Of a stretch of 64,000 nt of DNA, positions 39,129-50,654 are shown one piece after another. Under the pieces are notes generated by a model. The model saw only the letters and a list, made by a program, of their open reading frames with translations, was not told the DNA's origin and ran no database searches. Each line of letters begins with the position of its first letter. Within the stretch, counting starts at the first letter, position 1. The position numbers and the translations under genes were made by a program. The DNA is taken from positions 147,633 through 211,632 of the forward strand of contig JACJZJ010000005.1 in NCBI GenBank assembly GCA_020635675.1. Reading direction: 5' to 3'. Source of the DNA: Flavobacteriales bacterium (GTDB taxonomy: Bacteria > Bacteroidota > Bacteroidia > Flavobacteriales_F > PHOS-HE28).

Positions 39129-40212
39129 GGGCAAGGTGGAAAAAGCGGACGTCCAGGTCGAGCCCGTCCAGGGCCCGGTGCAGCCGTTGGGCATCGGTGT
39201 CCGTGATCAGGACCTGACCGAAGCGATGCCCGCCCAGGAGTTGCAGAAGGTGTCGCATCCGTTGCGGATCGATCTTGTCGAATATATCGTCCAGCATCAG
39301 CAGGGGCTTTCCCCCTGAGCGTTCCCGGGTCAGATCGAACTGGGCCAGCTTCAATGCGATGAGAAAGGTCTTCTGCTGGCCCTGCGAGCCGAAACGTTTC
39401 ATGGGGCGACCATCGATGAGGAACACCAGGTCGTCCTTGTGGACGCCTGCCGTGGTATGGAGCGCGGCGCGGTCCCGCTCCCAAGAGCGGTGCAGCAACT
39501 CCGCCATCGGGGTCGATCCGAGTTCCGTGCGGTACTCCAGCGCGATCTGCTCGGGACCCGCGCTGATCCCTTGATAGTGTTGCACGACCAAGGGGACCAG
39601 CTCGTTCAGGAACGCCCTTCGCCCCGCATGCACCACCGTGCCATGGGCGATCAGCTGGTCGTCCCACGGCTCCAGATCGGCCGCTGCTCCCCCACCCTGT
39701 TCCGCCATGCGTTTCAGCATCACATTGCGCTGCGCCAATGCACGGTTGTAGCGCACCAGGGCGTTCAAATAAGCCCGGTCGAACTGGGCGATCAGCCCAT
39801 CGAGGAACTTGCGACGGAGCTCCGATCCCTCGAGCACCAGTTGCCCGTCGTAGGGTGTGATCATCACGCAGGGATAGCGCCCCACATGGTCGGCCAGACG
39901 CTCGTATTCCTTTTTGTTGCGCAGGAAGACCTTTCGCTGCCCACGTCGCACGCTGCAGCTCAGTTCATCATCGTCCTCTCCGGCCACCACTCCCTTTACC
40001 AGAAAGACGTCCTCGCCATGCCGGATGTTGTTCTGATCGATCGGATCGAAATAGCTCTTGCACAGAGAGAGATAGTGCACGGCGTCGAGCAGGTTGGTCT
40101 TCCCCACCCCGTTCGGACCGATGAAGCAGTTCACCTGGGGGCCCAGCTGCAGGTCGGCTTCCACATGGTTGCGGAAGTGCATCAGGGAAAGGCGCCTTAG
40201 CTGGACATGCAT
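39079..40212 (-). CDS. recF: DNA replication and repair protein RecF
   Basis: Walker A GPNGVGKTNLLDA, an SMC-like signature, and a C-terminal LLMLDDIFDKID. Starts at the internal ATG MHVQLRRL. Confidence 0.9.
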   Translation of the reverse strand: MHVQLRRLSLMHFRNHVEADLQLGPQVNCFIGPNGVGKTNLLDAVHYLSLCKSYFDPIDQNNIRHGEDVFLVKGVVAGEDDDELSCSVRRGQRKVFLRNKKEYERLADHVGRYPCVMITPYDGQLVLEGSELRRKFLDGLIAQFDRAYLNALVRYNRALAQRNVMLKRMAEQGGGAAADLEPWDDQLIAHGTVVHAGRRAFLNELVPLVVQHYQGISAGPEQIALEYRTELGSTPMAELLHRSWERDRAALHTTAGVHKDDLVFLIDGRPMKRFGSQGQQKTFLIALKLAQFDLTRERSGGKPLLMLDDIFDKIDPQRMRHLLQLLGGHRFGQVLITDTDAQRLHRALDGLDLDVRFFHLAHDEAIQMETLERTVVG

Positions 40213-40320
40213 TGCCGGCCAAAGATAGACCGGGTGGGTGCGGGACGGTCGTCGGGCACCGTCGCCGGCACCCGACGACCGACGGCTCCACGTCCCCCTT
40301 TCGCTTTCAGGGTGAACAGC

Positions 40321-40328
40321 TACCTTTG
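40321..40328 (+). promoter_or_regulatory. candidate -7 element TACCTTTG upstream of the TPR/ribH operon
   Basis: Exact TAnnTTTG match 25 nt before the ATG at 40353. Confidence 0.3.
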
Positions 40329-40352
40329 CGCCTCTTTCCACAGAACGCCCCC

Positions 40353-41042
40353 ATGGCCAGCAAGCACGATCGGAAGGACGAACAGCACGACCTGGACCTC
40401 GGTGAGGTATACAGCCGGACCGAGCTTTTCCTGGAAAAGAACAAGCGCGCCGTGAGCATGGCCGTCACCGGGATCCTGGTGGTGGTCGCGGCCGTGCTCG
40501 GATACAAGCGGTTCTATGCCGAGCCGCGTGCCAAGGAAGCCGCCGACCTGATCTGGAAGGCCCAATACTACTTCGAGATCGATTCACTGGACCTGGCCAT
40601 CAACGGTGACGGCAATTACTTCGGTTTCCAGTACATCGCCGACGAGTACGGAAGCACCCCGAGCGGCGAGCTGGCCAAATACTACCTCGGCAACTGCTAC
40701 CTCCAAAAGGGGGATTTCGGGACCGCGATCGACTATTTCAAGAAGGCGGACCTCGACGACGACATCCTGAGCGTGATGGCCGTCGGCTGCATTGGTGACG
40801 CCTACGTGCAACTGGACCAACCCAAGGAGGCCATCGACCAGTTCGAGAAAGCGGCGAACATGCGCACCAACGACATGACCACGCCGATGTACCTGATGAA
40901 GGCCGGGATCCTCTACCAGCAGAACGGGGACTGGGCGAAAGCCGCGAAGGCCTTCCGCCGTGTCGCCAAGGACTTCCCCGCTTCACCGGACGCCAACCAG
41001 GCGAAGAAGTACGCCGCCCGCGCCGAGGCGATGGCCGGGTGA
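40353..41042 (+). CDS. tetratricopeptide repeat membrane-anchored protein
   Basis: Single TM followed by TPR units. Sits directly upstream of ribH with a 4-nt gap. Confidence 0.6.
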   Translation: MASKHDRKDEQHDLDLGEVYSRTELFLEKNKRAVSMAVTGILVVVAAVLGYKRFYAEPRAKEAADLIWKAQYYFEIDSLDLAINGDGNYFGFQYIADEYGSTPSGELAKYYLGNCYLQKGDFGTAIDYFKKADLDDDILSVMAVGCIGDAYVQLDQPKEAIDQFEKAANMRTNDMTTPMYLMKAGILYQQNGDWAKAAKAFRRVAKDFPASPDANQAKKYAARAEAMAG

Positions 41043-41046
41043 TCCC

Positions 41047-41541
41047 ATGGCCACTGCCGAACATCCCCTCTCCAACTACGACCCGACCAGCGTCCCCAGT
41101 GGCGCTGGTCGTCGTTTCGGCCTGGTGGTGAGCGAATGGAACCGGGAGATCACCGAGGCGCTGCACCAGGGCGCAAGGCGGACCCTGATGGAACATGGTG
41201 CGGCCGAAGCCGACCTGCTGGAGGTGTGGGTGCCCGGCAGCTTTGAGCTCGCGGTCGGTGCACAGATCCTGATCGAAGCCAATGCCCTACATGGCGTGAT
41301 CTGCCTGGGCAGCATCGTTCGTGGTGAGACCCCGCATTTCGACTACGTGTGCCAGGCCACGGCCAAGGGCATCATGGATGTGGGTCTGAAACACGGGGTA
41401 CCCGTGATCTTCGGCGTGCTCACGGACGACAACATGGACCAGGCCCGTGCACGCTCCGGCGGCAGGTATGGCAACAAGGGTGTGGACTGCGCCGTGGCCG
41501 CACTGAAGATGGCAGAGTTGCGCAACCGGTCCAAGGCATAG
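41047..41541 (+). CDS. ribH: 6,7-dimethyl-8-ribityllumazine synthase
   Basis: Contains FGLVVSEWNREITEAL...WVPGSFELAV...GETPHFDYV, lumazine synthase motifs. Confidence 0.9.
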   Translation: MATAEHPLSNYDPTSVPSGAGRRFGLVVSEWNREITEALHQGARRTLMEHGAAEADLLEVWVPGSFELAVGAQILIEANALHGVICLGSIVRGETPHFDYVCQATAKGIMDVGLKHGVPVIFGVLTDDNMDQARARSGGRYGNKGVDCAVAALKMAELRNRSKA

Positions 41542-41617
41542 TTCCGGGTCCGACACAGGGATGGTCCCCCGACCTCGGGCGAACTGCCAACTTCCAGCCG
41601 ACGTTAACTTGCCTGGC

Positions 41618-43522
<1,905 letters not shown>

Positions 43523-43535
43523 CGACCTTCATGGC

Positions 43536-43976
43536 ATGGACGATCACCTCAAGGACAGCTTCTCCGAAGGCAGACGCATCAGTCCCAAGCTGGCCGAAGG
43601 GAAGAAGAACTTCCTGATCGACATCGACGGGACGATCTGCGAGGACATCCCCAACGAGGAGCCGGAACGCATGGCCACTGCCAAGCTCTTCGACGGTGCG
43701 CTGGAGACCTGCAACAAATGGTACGCGGAAGGACACATCATCACCTTCTTCACTTCACGCACCGAGGAGCACCGCGCGGTGACCACCGACTGGCTGGACC
43801 GGCACGGCTTCAAGTACCACGGCATCGTCTTCGGCAAGCCGCGCGGCGGCAACTACCACTGGATCGACAACCACATCGTGCGCGCCACGCGCTACAACGG
43901 GCGGTTCACGGACCTGGTGAAAAAGGAGGCGACGATCGAGGTGTTCCAGGAGGATCGACCGAACACCGGTCCTTGA
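43536..43976 (+). CDS. HAD superfamily hydrolase
   Basis: Motif I FLIDIDGTI. 146 aa. Confidence 0.55.
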   Translation: MDDHLKDSFSEGRRISPKLAEGKKNFLIDIDGTICEDIPNEEPERMATAKLFDGALETCNKWYAEGHIITFFTSRTEEHRAVTTDWLDRHGFKYHGIVFGKPRGGNYHWIDNHIVRATRYNGRFTDLVKKEATIEVFQEDRPNTGP

Positions 43977-43987
43977 TCCTCAGGCCC

Positions 43988-44563
43988 CTACCGTTCCCAT
44001 CTGATGGACCATAGTCCGCGCAGATCGCCCATGCCATAGCCGGTGGCGGCATCGCCTGGATAGCGCTGCTGGATGGCCGCCAGCGTGGTGCTGTCGATGT
44101 CCCTTCCCGGAACGCCATGGCACCTGAGACAGGCCGGCATGTTGATCAGGATGGGCTGGTAGTAGGCCACACTATCGCCGAGGAGTACGACCTGTGAGGT
44201 GATCCGCATACCAGGCGTACCCTTGGCCAGCAGGTCCAGCACCTCGCCCAACCGGCGCTGCTCGTCCGCATCCGGGGCATCGTGCGGTGCGCGGATCTTG
44301 TCGCTGGTGCGCCTGATCCGCAAACCCTTTGCGGAGGACAATGAGTCCAGCAGGGGGAGCGCGGCGAGGGAACAGTATTCCACGGCGTGGGCCGGTCCAC
44401 CCGCCTGCATCGCATCCTGCAAACGGCCCGATAACTGCTGGAAAGCGGCAAGTGCGATCCCGCCACCGTGTTCCAGAGCGGCCTGCTCATCGAAGGGGGC
44501 CTGCCGCTCCTCGCAGGAAGCCATCAGGACGATCGCAGCAAGTATGCAAGACCCTTGGCGCAT
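43988..44563 (-). CDS. DUF3365 domain-containing heme-binding lipoprotein
   Basis: Lipobox IVLMASC and a CLRCHG (CxxCH) motif near the C-terminus, typical of DUF3365. Confidence 0.6.
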   Translation of the reverse strand: MRQGSCILAAIVLMASCEERQAPFDEQAALEHGGGIALAAFQQLSGRLQDAMQAGGPAHAVEYCSLAALPLLDSLSSAKGLRIRRTSDKIRAPHDAPDADEQRRLGEVLDLLAKGTPGMRITSQVVLLGDSVAYYQPILINMPACLRCHGVPGRDIDSTTLAAIQQRYPGDAATGYGMGDLRGLWSIRWER

Positions 44564-44603
44564 GATGCGAAGCTGATGCTTCTGAGCGGGCGGTCGCACT
44601 TCG

Positions 44604-45491
44604 CTACCCCTTCGCCGCCTTCAGTGTGTTCAGCAGTAAACTGGTGATGGTCATGGGCCCCACGCCGCCGGGCACGGGACTGATCCAGGAGCACTTCGGC
44701 GCGACCTCGTCGAACTTCACGTCGCCGACCAGACGGAAGCCGCTCTTCTTCGAGGCGTCGGGTATGCGGTGGATGCCCACATCGACCACCACGGCCCCTT
44801 CCTTCACCATGTCGGCCGTGACGAACTCCGGCCTGCCGATGGCCGGCACCAGGATGTCGGCCTGGCGGGTGATGGCGGCGAGGTCCTTCGTGCGGCTGTG
44901 CGTGAGCGTCACCGTGCAGTTGCCCGGATAGCTGTTCCGGCTCATGAGGATGCTCATCGGCGTGCCCACGATATGGCTGCGGCCGATCACCACGCAGTGT
45001 TTGCCCGCGGTCTCGATGCTGTAGTGGCGGAACAGTTCCACGATGCCGGCCGGGGTGGCGGGCAGGAAGCCCGGCAGGCCCAGCACCATGCGGCCGATGT
45101 TGTCCGGATGGAAGCCATCGACATCCTTCCGCGGGTCGATCGCCAGGGTCACGCGTTCCTCGTCGATGTGCGACGGCAGGGGCAGTTGCACGATGAAACC
45201 ATCCAGTTCGGGGTCGTGGTTCAGCGCGCGGACCAGGTCCAGCAGTTCCTCCTCGGAGGTGGATACCGGTCGCGCGATCAGTGTGCTGCGGAAGCCCACC
45301 TCCTCGCAGGCCTTCACCTTGCTGGCCACATAGGTCCTGCTGGCCCCGTCGTCACCCACCAGCACAGCCGCCAGATGGGGCGGTCGTCCGTACCTCCCTT
45401 TCACCTGCTGCACCTCCCCCGCGATCTGTTCGCGGATGGCCTTCGAGGCGCGCTTGCCGTCCAGGAGCTGATACGTGGTGGTCACGTCCAT
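44604..45491 (-). CDS. folD: bifunctional methylenetetrahydrofolate dehydrogenase / methenyltetrahydrofolate cyclohydrolase
   Basis: Contains GFIVQLPLP and [13 protein letters not shown], FolD signatures. Confidence 0.92.
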   Translation of the reverse strand: MDVTTTYQLLDGKRASKAIREQIAGEVQQVKGRYGRPPHLAAVLVGDDGASRTYVASKVKACEEVGFRSTLIARPVSTSEEELLDLVRALNHDPELDGFIVQLPLPSHIDEERVTLAIDPRKDVDGFHPDNIGRMVLGLPGFLPATPAGIVELFRHYSIETAGKHCVVIGRSHIVGTPMSILMSRNSYPGNCTVTLTHSRTKDLAAITRQADILVPAIGRPEFVTADMVKEGAVVVDVGIHRIPDASKKSGFRLVGDVKFDEVAPKCSWISPVPGGVGPMTITSLLLNTLKAAKG

Positions 45492-45519
45492 ACAGGGGTA
45501 TGAAGGTAGCCGATCGGCC

Positions 45520-46860
45520 TCAACGCTTCATGCCCTGCATCGCCTGCATCTGCCGCATCATGTTCTGCATCTTGCTCTTGTCGCCCATCACCTTCATCAT
45601 CTTGCGGGTCTCCTCGAACTGTTTCATCAGCTTGTTCACCTCCTCGATGCCTCGACCGCTGCCTTTTGCCAGGCGCTGACGGCGGCTGCCATTGATCACG
45701 CTCGGGCTGCGGCGCTCCTCCGGCGTCATGCTGTGGATGATGGCCTCGATGCCCTTGAACGCATCATCGGGGACGTCCAGGTCCTTCATCGCCTTGCCCA
45801 TGCCGGGCAGCATGCCCAGCAGGTCCTTCATGTTGCCCATCTTCTTGATCTGGGCGATCTGGTCCAGGAAATCGTCGAAGCCGAACTGGTCCTTCGCGAT
45901 CTTCTTGTGCAGCTTGCGCGCCTCCTCCTCGTCGAACTGTTCCTGGGCGCGTTCCACCAGGCTCACCACATCGCCCATGCCCAGGATGCGGCCGGCCATG
46001 CGGTCGGGGTGGAACTCGTCCAGCGCCTCCATCTTCTCACCCGTGCCGATGAACTTGATCGGCTTGTCCACCACGCTGCGGATGCTCAGCGCCGCGCCAC
46101 CGCGGGCGTCGCCGTCCAACTTGGTCAGCACCACCCCGTCGATGTCCAGCCGGTCGTTGAACGCCTTGGCGGTGTTCACCGCGTCCTGGCCGGTCATCGC
46201 GTCCACCACGAAGAGCGTCTCCTGCGGCTGGACCGCCTTCTTGATCCGCGCGATCTCGTCCATCATCTGCTCGTCGATCGCCAGACGACCGGCGGTGTCG
46301 ATGATCACGGCAGTGTGGCCGTGGTCCTTCGCGTGCTTGATGCCCGCCTTGGCGATGGCCACGGCATCCTTGTTCTCGCGTTCGCTGTACACGTCGATCC
46401 CCAGCTGCGTGCCCAGCGTCTCCAACTGGTCGATGGCCGCGGGGCGGTAGATGTCGCACGCCACCAGCAGCGGCTTGCGGCCCTTCTTGCGCAGGTGGTT
46501 GGCCAGCTTCCCGCTGAAGGTCGTCTTCCCCGAGCCCTGCAGGCCGCTCATCAGCACCACGGTGGGGTTGCCACCCAGGTCGATCCCCTTGTTCCGGCCG
46601 CCCATCAGCTCGGCCAGCTCGTCGTGGGTGATCTTCACCAGCAGCTGCTGCGGGCTCACCGCGTTGATCACGTTCTGGCCCAGGGCCTTCTCCTTCACGC
46701 GATCGGTGAAGTCCTTGGCGGTCTTGAAGTTCACGTCGGCGTCCAGCAGCGCACGGCGAATCTCCTTCATGGTCTCCGCCACGTTGATCTCCGTGATCTT
46801 GCCCTGGCCCTTCAGCACCTTGAAGGCGCGCTCCAGCTTGTCGCTCAGGTTCTCGAACAT
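45520..46860 (-). CDS. ffh: signal recognition particle protein
   Basis: NG domain [15 protein letters not shown], and a Met-rich M domain at the C-terminus. Confidence 0.93.
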   Translation of the reverse strand: MFENLSDKLERAFKVLKGQGKITEINVAETMKEIRRALLDADVNFKTAKDFTDRVKEKALGQNVINAVSPQQLLVKITHDELAELMGGRNKGIDLGGNPTVVLMSGLQGSGKTTFSGKLANHLRKKGRKPLLVACDIYRPAAIDQLETLGTQLGIDVYSERENKDAVAIAKAGIKHAKDHGHTAVIIDTAGRLAIDEQMMDEIARIKKAVQPQETLFVVDAMTGQDAVNTAKAFNDRLDIDGVVLTKLDGDARGGAALSIRSVVDKPIKFIGTGEKMEALDEFHPDRMAGRILGMGDVVSLVERAQEQFDEEEARKLHKKIAKDQFGFDDFLDQIAQIKKMGNMKDLLGMLPGMGKAMKDLDVPDDAFKGIEAIIHSMTPEERRSPSVINGSRRQRLAKGSGRGIEEVNKLMKQFEETRKMMKVMGDKSKMQNMMRQMQAMQGMKR

Positions 46861-47199
46861 GTCTATCGGAAAGGGTCACAAAAGTAGCGTCCGCGCGCGG
46901 CCCTGCGGGTGAACACGGTGGACGGGGTGCGCCACCGTGTCCACCTGAGCGAATGCAGGTCGGGTTCTTTGCTGCGGGTGTTTTGGGCGTGCCCCTCTCC
47001 CACCCACAAAGCCACCACACGGGTCGGGTGCTCCGCTACAGCCTGCTTGCCGTGTACGGCGGTCGCGGCACTGCGGTGGCTTCCTTTGGTCGCCTCCTCG
47101 TTGCACGCGCCCGCAAGGCCATGTCGGCGCGGGGCTGCCGCTTCGCCCCCTCACGCGAAATGCACATCCCAACATGATCCACAGTCCCGACCTTTCGCC

Positions 47200-47676
47200 A
47201 TGCGTTCCATCCAAGCTGTTCTGAGCGTGGCTATTCTCTCCGCCTGCACCCATCGACCTGCGCTTTCAACCCCAACGCCCGCCACGCCCAACATCCTCAC
47301 CTCCACCATCGCCGCCCTCGATAGCGCCCTCTTCGCCGCTTTCAACGCGCAGGACACGGCGGCGCTCGGCACCTGGTTCACACCCGACCTGGAGTTCTAC
47401 CACGACAAGAGCGGCCTCGCCGACCACGACGGCACCATGGCGGGTTTCCAGCACCTCTTCACCCAGCCCACCACGGCGGACATGCACCGCACGCTGGTGC
47501 CCGGCACCATGGAGGTGTATCCCCTCGGCGACTTTGGCGCCCTGGAGGTGTGCCAACACCGCTTCACACATACCGAGGATGGCCAAGTGGTGAGCGGCGT
47601 GTTCAAGAACATCATGATCTGGCGGAAGGACAGCACGGGCTACAGGGTGAGTCGCGTGATCAGCTACGATCATTGA
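47200..47676 (+). CDS. nuclear transport factor 2 / SnoaL-like (DUF4440-like) lipoprotein
   Basis: Lipobox AILSAC. 158 aa with an alpha+beta cone-fold pattern. Confidence 0.55.
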   Translation: MRSIQAVLSVAILSACTHRPALSTPTPATPNILTSTIAALDSALFAAFNAQDTAALGTWFTPDLEFYHDKSGLADHDGTMAGFQHLFTQPTTADMHRTLVPGTMEVYPLGDFGALEVCQHRFTHTEDGQVVSGVFKNIMIWRKDSTGYRVSRVISYDH

Positions 47677-47753
47677 AGGAGCTTGCCTGTTGACGACCTT
47701 CGGTCCTGCTCACTGCGGATCAGGTAACGAACCTTGCCCCATACCTTCCTTTC

Positions 47754-48281
47754 ATGAACAGCGAAGACCTCCGCGCCCTGCAGGCGCCCTTGAAGGAGCG
47801 CTACCGGAACGAACCGGGTGCCGCCCGGATCACCCTGAAGGCCGAGGGCCTTGTGGGCGAGAACGTGTCGTGCAGCGTGGAGACCGGCCGTGCGCTGGTG
47901 GCCGCCGGGCTGCATCCCGCCACCGGTGGTGATGGCCTGCACGTGTGCAGCGGCGACATGTTGTTGCAGTCGCTCGTGGCCTGTGCGGGCGTGACGATGA
48001 ACGCGGTCGCCACGTCGCTGAAGATCCCCATCGATGAGGCCACGGTCCGTGCGGAGGGCGAGCTCGATTTTCGCGGCACGCTGGGTGTCGACAAGACCGC
48101 TTCCGTGGGATTCGACACCATCCGGCTGACCTTCGCCATCCGTTCCAACGCCAGCGAAGAACAACTGGCCACGTTGCAGAAGCTCACCGAACGGTATTGC
48201 GTGGTTTACCAGACCTTGCGGAACGCACCGGCGATCGAGGTGCAGGTGCGACCCGCCGACCCCAACGACCCCGTTCCTTAG
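47754..48281 (+). CDS. OsmC/Ohr family protein
   Basis: 175 aa with conserved Cys pair region (CSGDMLLQSLVACAG). Confidence 0.8.
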   Translation: MNSEDLRALQAPLKERYRNEPGAARITLKAEGLVGENVSCSVETGRALVAAGLHPATGGDGLHVCSGDMLLQSLVACAGVTMNAVATSLKIPIDEATVRAEGELDFRGTLGVDKTASVGFDTIRLTFAIRSNASEEQLATLQKLTERYCVVYQTLRNAPAIEVQVRPADPNDPVP

Positions 48282-48292
48282 ACTGCCGTCCG

Positions 48293-49105
48293 TTATCGGA
48301 TCCTTCCGCCCCGCAGGCGCTGCGGTGCCGTCGTCGGCCTCTTGTCCCGCAGGAACACCCATTCGTCCGCACTGCTATCCGTGGCTGCGAAACGATAGCC
48401 ATCGCCATCGTACTTCTTGATCTTCTCGACATCCAGGATGCGATGCCGGATGATATGTCGAGCCAGGGCTCCGCGTTGGTACTTGGCATAAGCCATCAGC
48501 ATTCGATAGCCTCCGGGCGTGCGGTCCTTGAACACGGGAGTGACCACGCGCACACCGATCTTCTCCGGATTCACGCTCTTGAAGTATTCCGAGGATGCGA
48601 GATTGATGATCGGTCCACCCCCTTCCGACTTGAGGTCCTCCGCCAGCAGGTCCGTGATGCGGTCGCCCCAGAAAGCGTAGAGGTCCTTCGCGCGCCCGAT
48701 CGAAAGCCGCGTGCCCATCATCAGGCGGTAGTCCTGGATCAGGTCCAGCGGCCGCAGCACGCCATAGAGTCCGCTCAGGATACGCAGATGGTGTTGGGCG
48801 AAGCGGAGATCGTCGGCATCCAACGTGCGCGGATCCAGACCACGATACACTTCGCCGTTGAAGACGAAGACAGCGGGGCGCGCGTTACCGGGCGTGAACG
48901 GTGGCCCCCAGCGTTCGTAGCGTTCGCGGTTGAGTTCGCCCAGCTTCGGGCTCAGGTCCATCAATGCCGCCAGCTTCGAGGCGCTGAATTTCTTCAGCTT
49001 TTCCGCGATCGGCAGGCTGTCCGCAAGCATGCGCGGCCGTGTGGCATTCTTCAGTGTTGGGGTTTCCAGGGCGAGGTCCTTGGCGGGCGAGAGAAGGAGG
49101 AGCAT
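48293..49105 (-). CDS. yaaA: peroxide stress protein YaaA (UPF0246/DUF328)
   Basis: Begins MLLLLSPAKDL... and matches the YaaA family pattern. Confidence 0.85.
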   Translation of the reverse strand: MLLLLSPAKDLALETPTLKNATRPRMLADSLPIAEKLKKFSASKLAALMDLSPKLGELNRERYERWGPPFTPGNARPAVFVFNGEVYRGLDPRTLDADDLRFAQHHLRILSGLYGVLRPLDLIQDYRLMMGTRLSIGRAKDLYAFWGDRITDLLAEDLKSEGGGPIINLASSEYFKSVNPEKIGVRVVTPVFKDRTPGGYRMLMAYAKYQRGALARHIIRHRILDVEKIKKYDGDGYRFAATDSSADEWVFLRDKRPTTAPQRLRGGRIR

Positions 49106-49216
49106 GGAGGGAAGGAGGAATCTGGAAACCGGTAACCGGGAGCGTGAAAGTTAGTTCGGGGATCGGGCCGGGTCGCCGGGACGGAGGTCGAACGCGGGAG
49201 CAAGCTATCCCGACGA

Positions 49217-49798
49217 TCACGGAAGACCCTGCTCCCGCCCCCACTGCCGCGCCATGTCCGTCGCCACATCCACGTTGCTCTCCTCCATGCGGGCCTCGTC
49301 GTTGGGACGCATGAGCCAGAGGGTCTTCGAAGCAACCAGGTCCGCTGCTTGACCTTGGACCAGCTCCTCGAAAACATGCTGTGCATCCTCCGTGGAACCG
49401 GAACCCAGCGTGATGGCGAACACGGGCCGATGGCCCAGGTCCCCGAGATCCTTGACGTAGTGCTGGATCGCCCGGTCCGGCCGCCAATTGTAGGTGTTCG
49501 CGCAAAGTACCAGCAGGTCGAAGGTGGTGGCGTCGAATCTCCTTGCCGCTGCGACGGTGGCCACGGTCGCGTTGTAGCCGTTGGTCACCAGTCCTTCGGC
49601 AAAGGCATGGCACACCTGCGCATCCAGGTCGTAGATCGGATCGGGGTCGTAGACCACCAGGGCATGCCGGGGCGCGTTCGCCGGACCGAGCTCTTCCTCA
49701 TTCGCCGGGCCTTCGGCCTCCACCCAGACCGTCAGAGCGGTCCACATCACGGCAATGCCAAGCAGCGTGAACAACAGGCGACGCATCCATTTGCGCAT
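49217..49798 (-). CDS. hypothetical membrane-anchored protein (flavodoxin-like alpha/beta pattern)
   Basis: 193 aa from the internal ATG MRKWMRRLLF, with an N-terminal TM. No family recognised. Confidence 0.45.
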   Translation of the reverse strand: MRKWMRRLLFTLLGIAVMWTALTVWVEAEGPANEEELGPANAPRHALVVYDPDPIYDLDAQVCHAFAEGLVTNGYNATVATVAAARRFDATTFDLLVLCANTYNWRPDRAIQHYVKDLGDLGHRPVFAITLGSGSTEDAQHVFEELVQGQAADLVASKTLWLMRPNDEARMEESNVDVATDMARQWGREQGLP

Positions 49799-49899
49799 GA
49801 TGCCGTGAAGTTGCCTTTCCCCTGGGGCGATGCCTATGACTTTCGACAGCCAAGCAGCGGTTTGGACAAGGAGTACAGGACGAACCGCGTTCTCCGGAT

Positions 49900-50022
49900 A
49901 TGAGGCTCTTCTTCCTTCTCCTGACCTTTCTGATCCTGCTGGCGTCCTGCACGTCGCCCCGATACACGGTCCGGAAATGCGACGGAAGCCGTGGGGAACG
50001 CGTACCCATGGGCGTCCTCTGA
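49900..50022 (+). CDS. candidate small lipoprotein ORF (40 aa), absent from the ORF track
   Basis: ATG followed by MRLFFLLLTFLILLASC (signal peptide plus lipobox) then a 23-aa tail with two Cys. Sits in the 300-bp gap between two annotated genes. Confidence 0.25.
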   Translation: MRLFFLLLTFLILLASCTSPRYTVRKCDGSRGERVPMGVL

Positions 50023-50097
50023 CGCAGCGAACATCCACCGAACTCCGGTCCATACTTCCAACGCACATGCCTAGCTTCACCGGACCACGACATTCCC

Positions 50098-50571
50098 GTG
50101 GCACCCTTCGTCATGCGATGCACCATGCTTCTTGCCGGTATCCTGCTGCACGGCGCCATGCTGCCGCTCACCTCCATCGCCCAGGAGGACCTCCCCTGGC
50201 CCGAGCACCTCACCGGACATTGGGAGGGTGAGTTCGGTGGTATGCGCTATGCGGAGGATTGGAATAAGACCGGGGACTCCATGTACAGTGGGACCTCCAC
50301 CACCTGGCGCAACGACGATATCGTCGGCACGGAACGGCTCTGCATCCTGAGGTTCTCCGGCCAATGGCTCTACCTGGCCGACCCGAAAGGGGACCAGATC
50401 ACCTGTTTCGTCCGGGCCGAAGCGGAGGGGCCGGTCTGGGTGTTCGCGAACATGGAACATGACTTTCCAAAACGCGTGGGCTATCGCATCGAAGGCGACT
50501 CACTCAGCGGCTGGATCGCCGGTGCAACGGACGATGATGCACGCATGGAATTCCACCTCGTCCGTCGCTGA
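50098..50571 (+). CDS. DUF6265-like secreted protein
   Basis: Signal peptide. The HDFPKRVGY motif resembles DUF6265. 157 aa. Confidence 0.45.
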   Translation: MAPFVMRCTMLLAGILLHGAMLPLTSIAQEDLPWPEHLTGHWEGEFGGMRYAEDWNKTGDSMYSGTSTTWRNDDIVGTERLCILRFSGQWLYLADPKGDQITCFVRAEAEGPVWVFANMEHDFPKRVGYRIEGDSLSGWIAGATDDDARMEFHLVRR

Positions 50572-50610
50572 GCGGAGCAGAACGGTCGGTATGCGCTACC
50601 AGAAATGACG

Positions 50611-50642
50611 AAGGCCCGTCGAACGACGGGCCTTCTCTTTGA
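50611..50642. terminator. bidirectional rho-independent terminator between convergent genes
   Basis: 11-bp perfect stem AAGGCCCGTCG / CGACGGGCCTT with an AAC loop, followed by CTCTTTG. Confidence 0.55.
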
Positions 50643-50654
50643 TCGGGCAGACGG

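Noticed and set aside
41561-41617. Longer acs start at the ATG at 41561
   Set aside because: The downstream ATG at 41618 gives MSEDGGRIRTREDYLAARKQSTEDPEGFW, which matches the canonical Acs N-terminus. The extra 19 codons (MVPRPRANCQLPADVNLPG) look non-coding.
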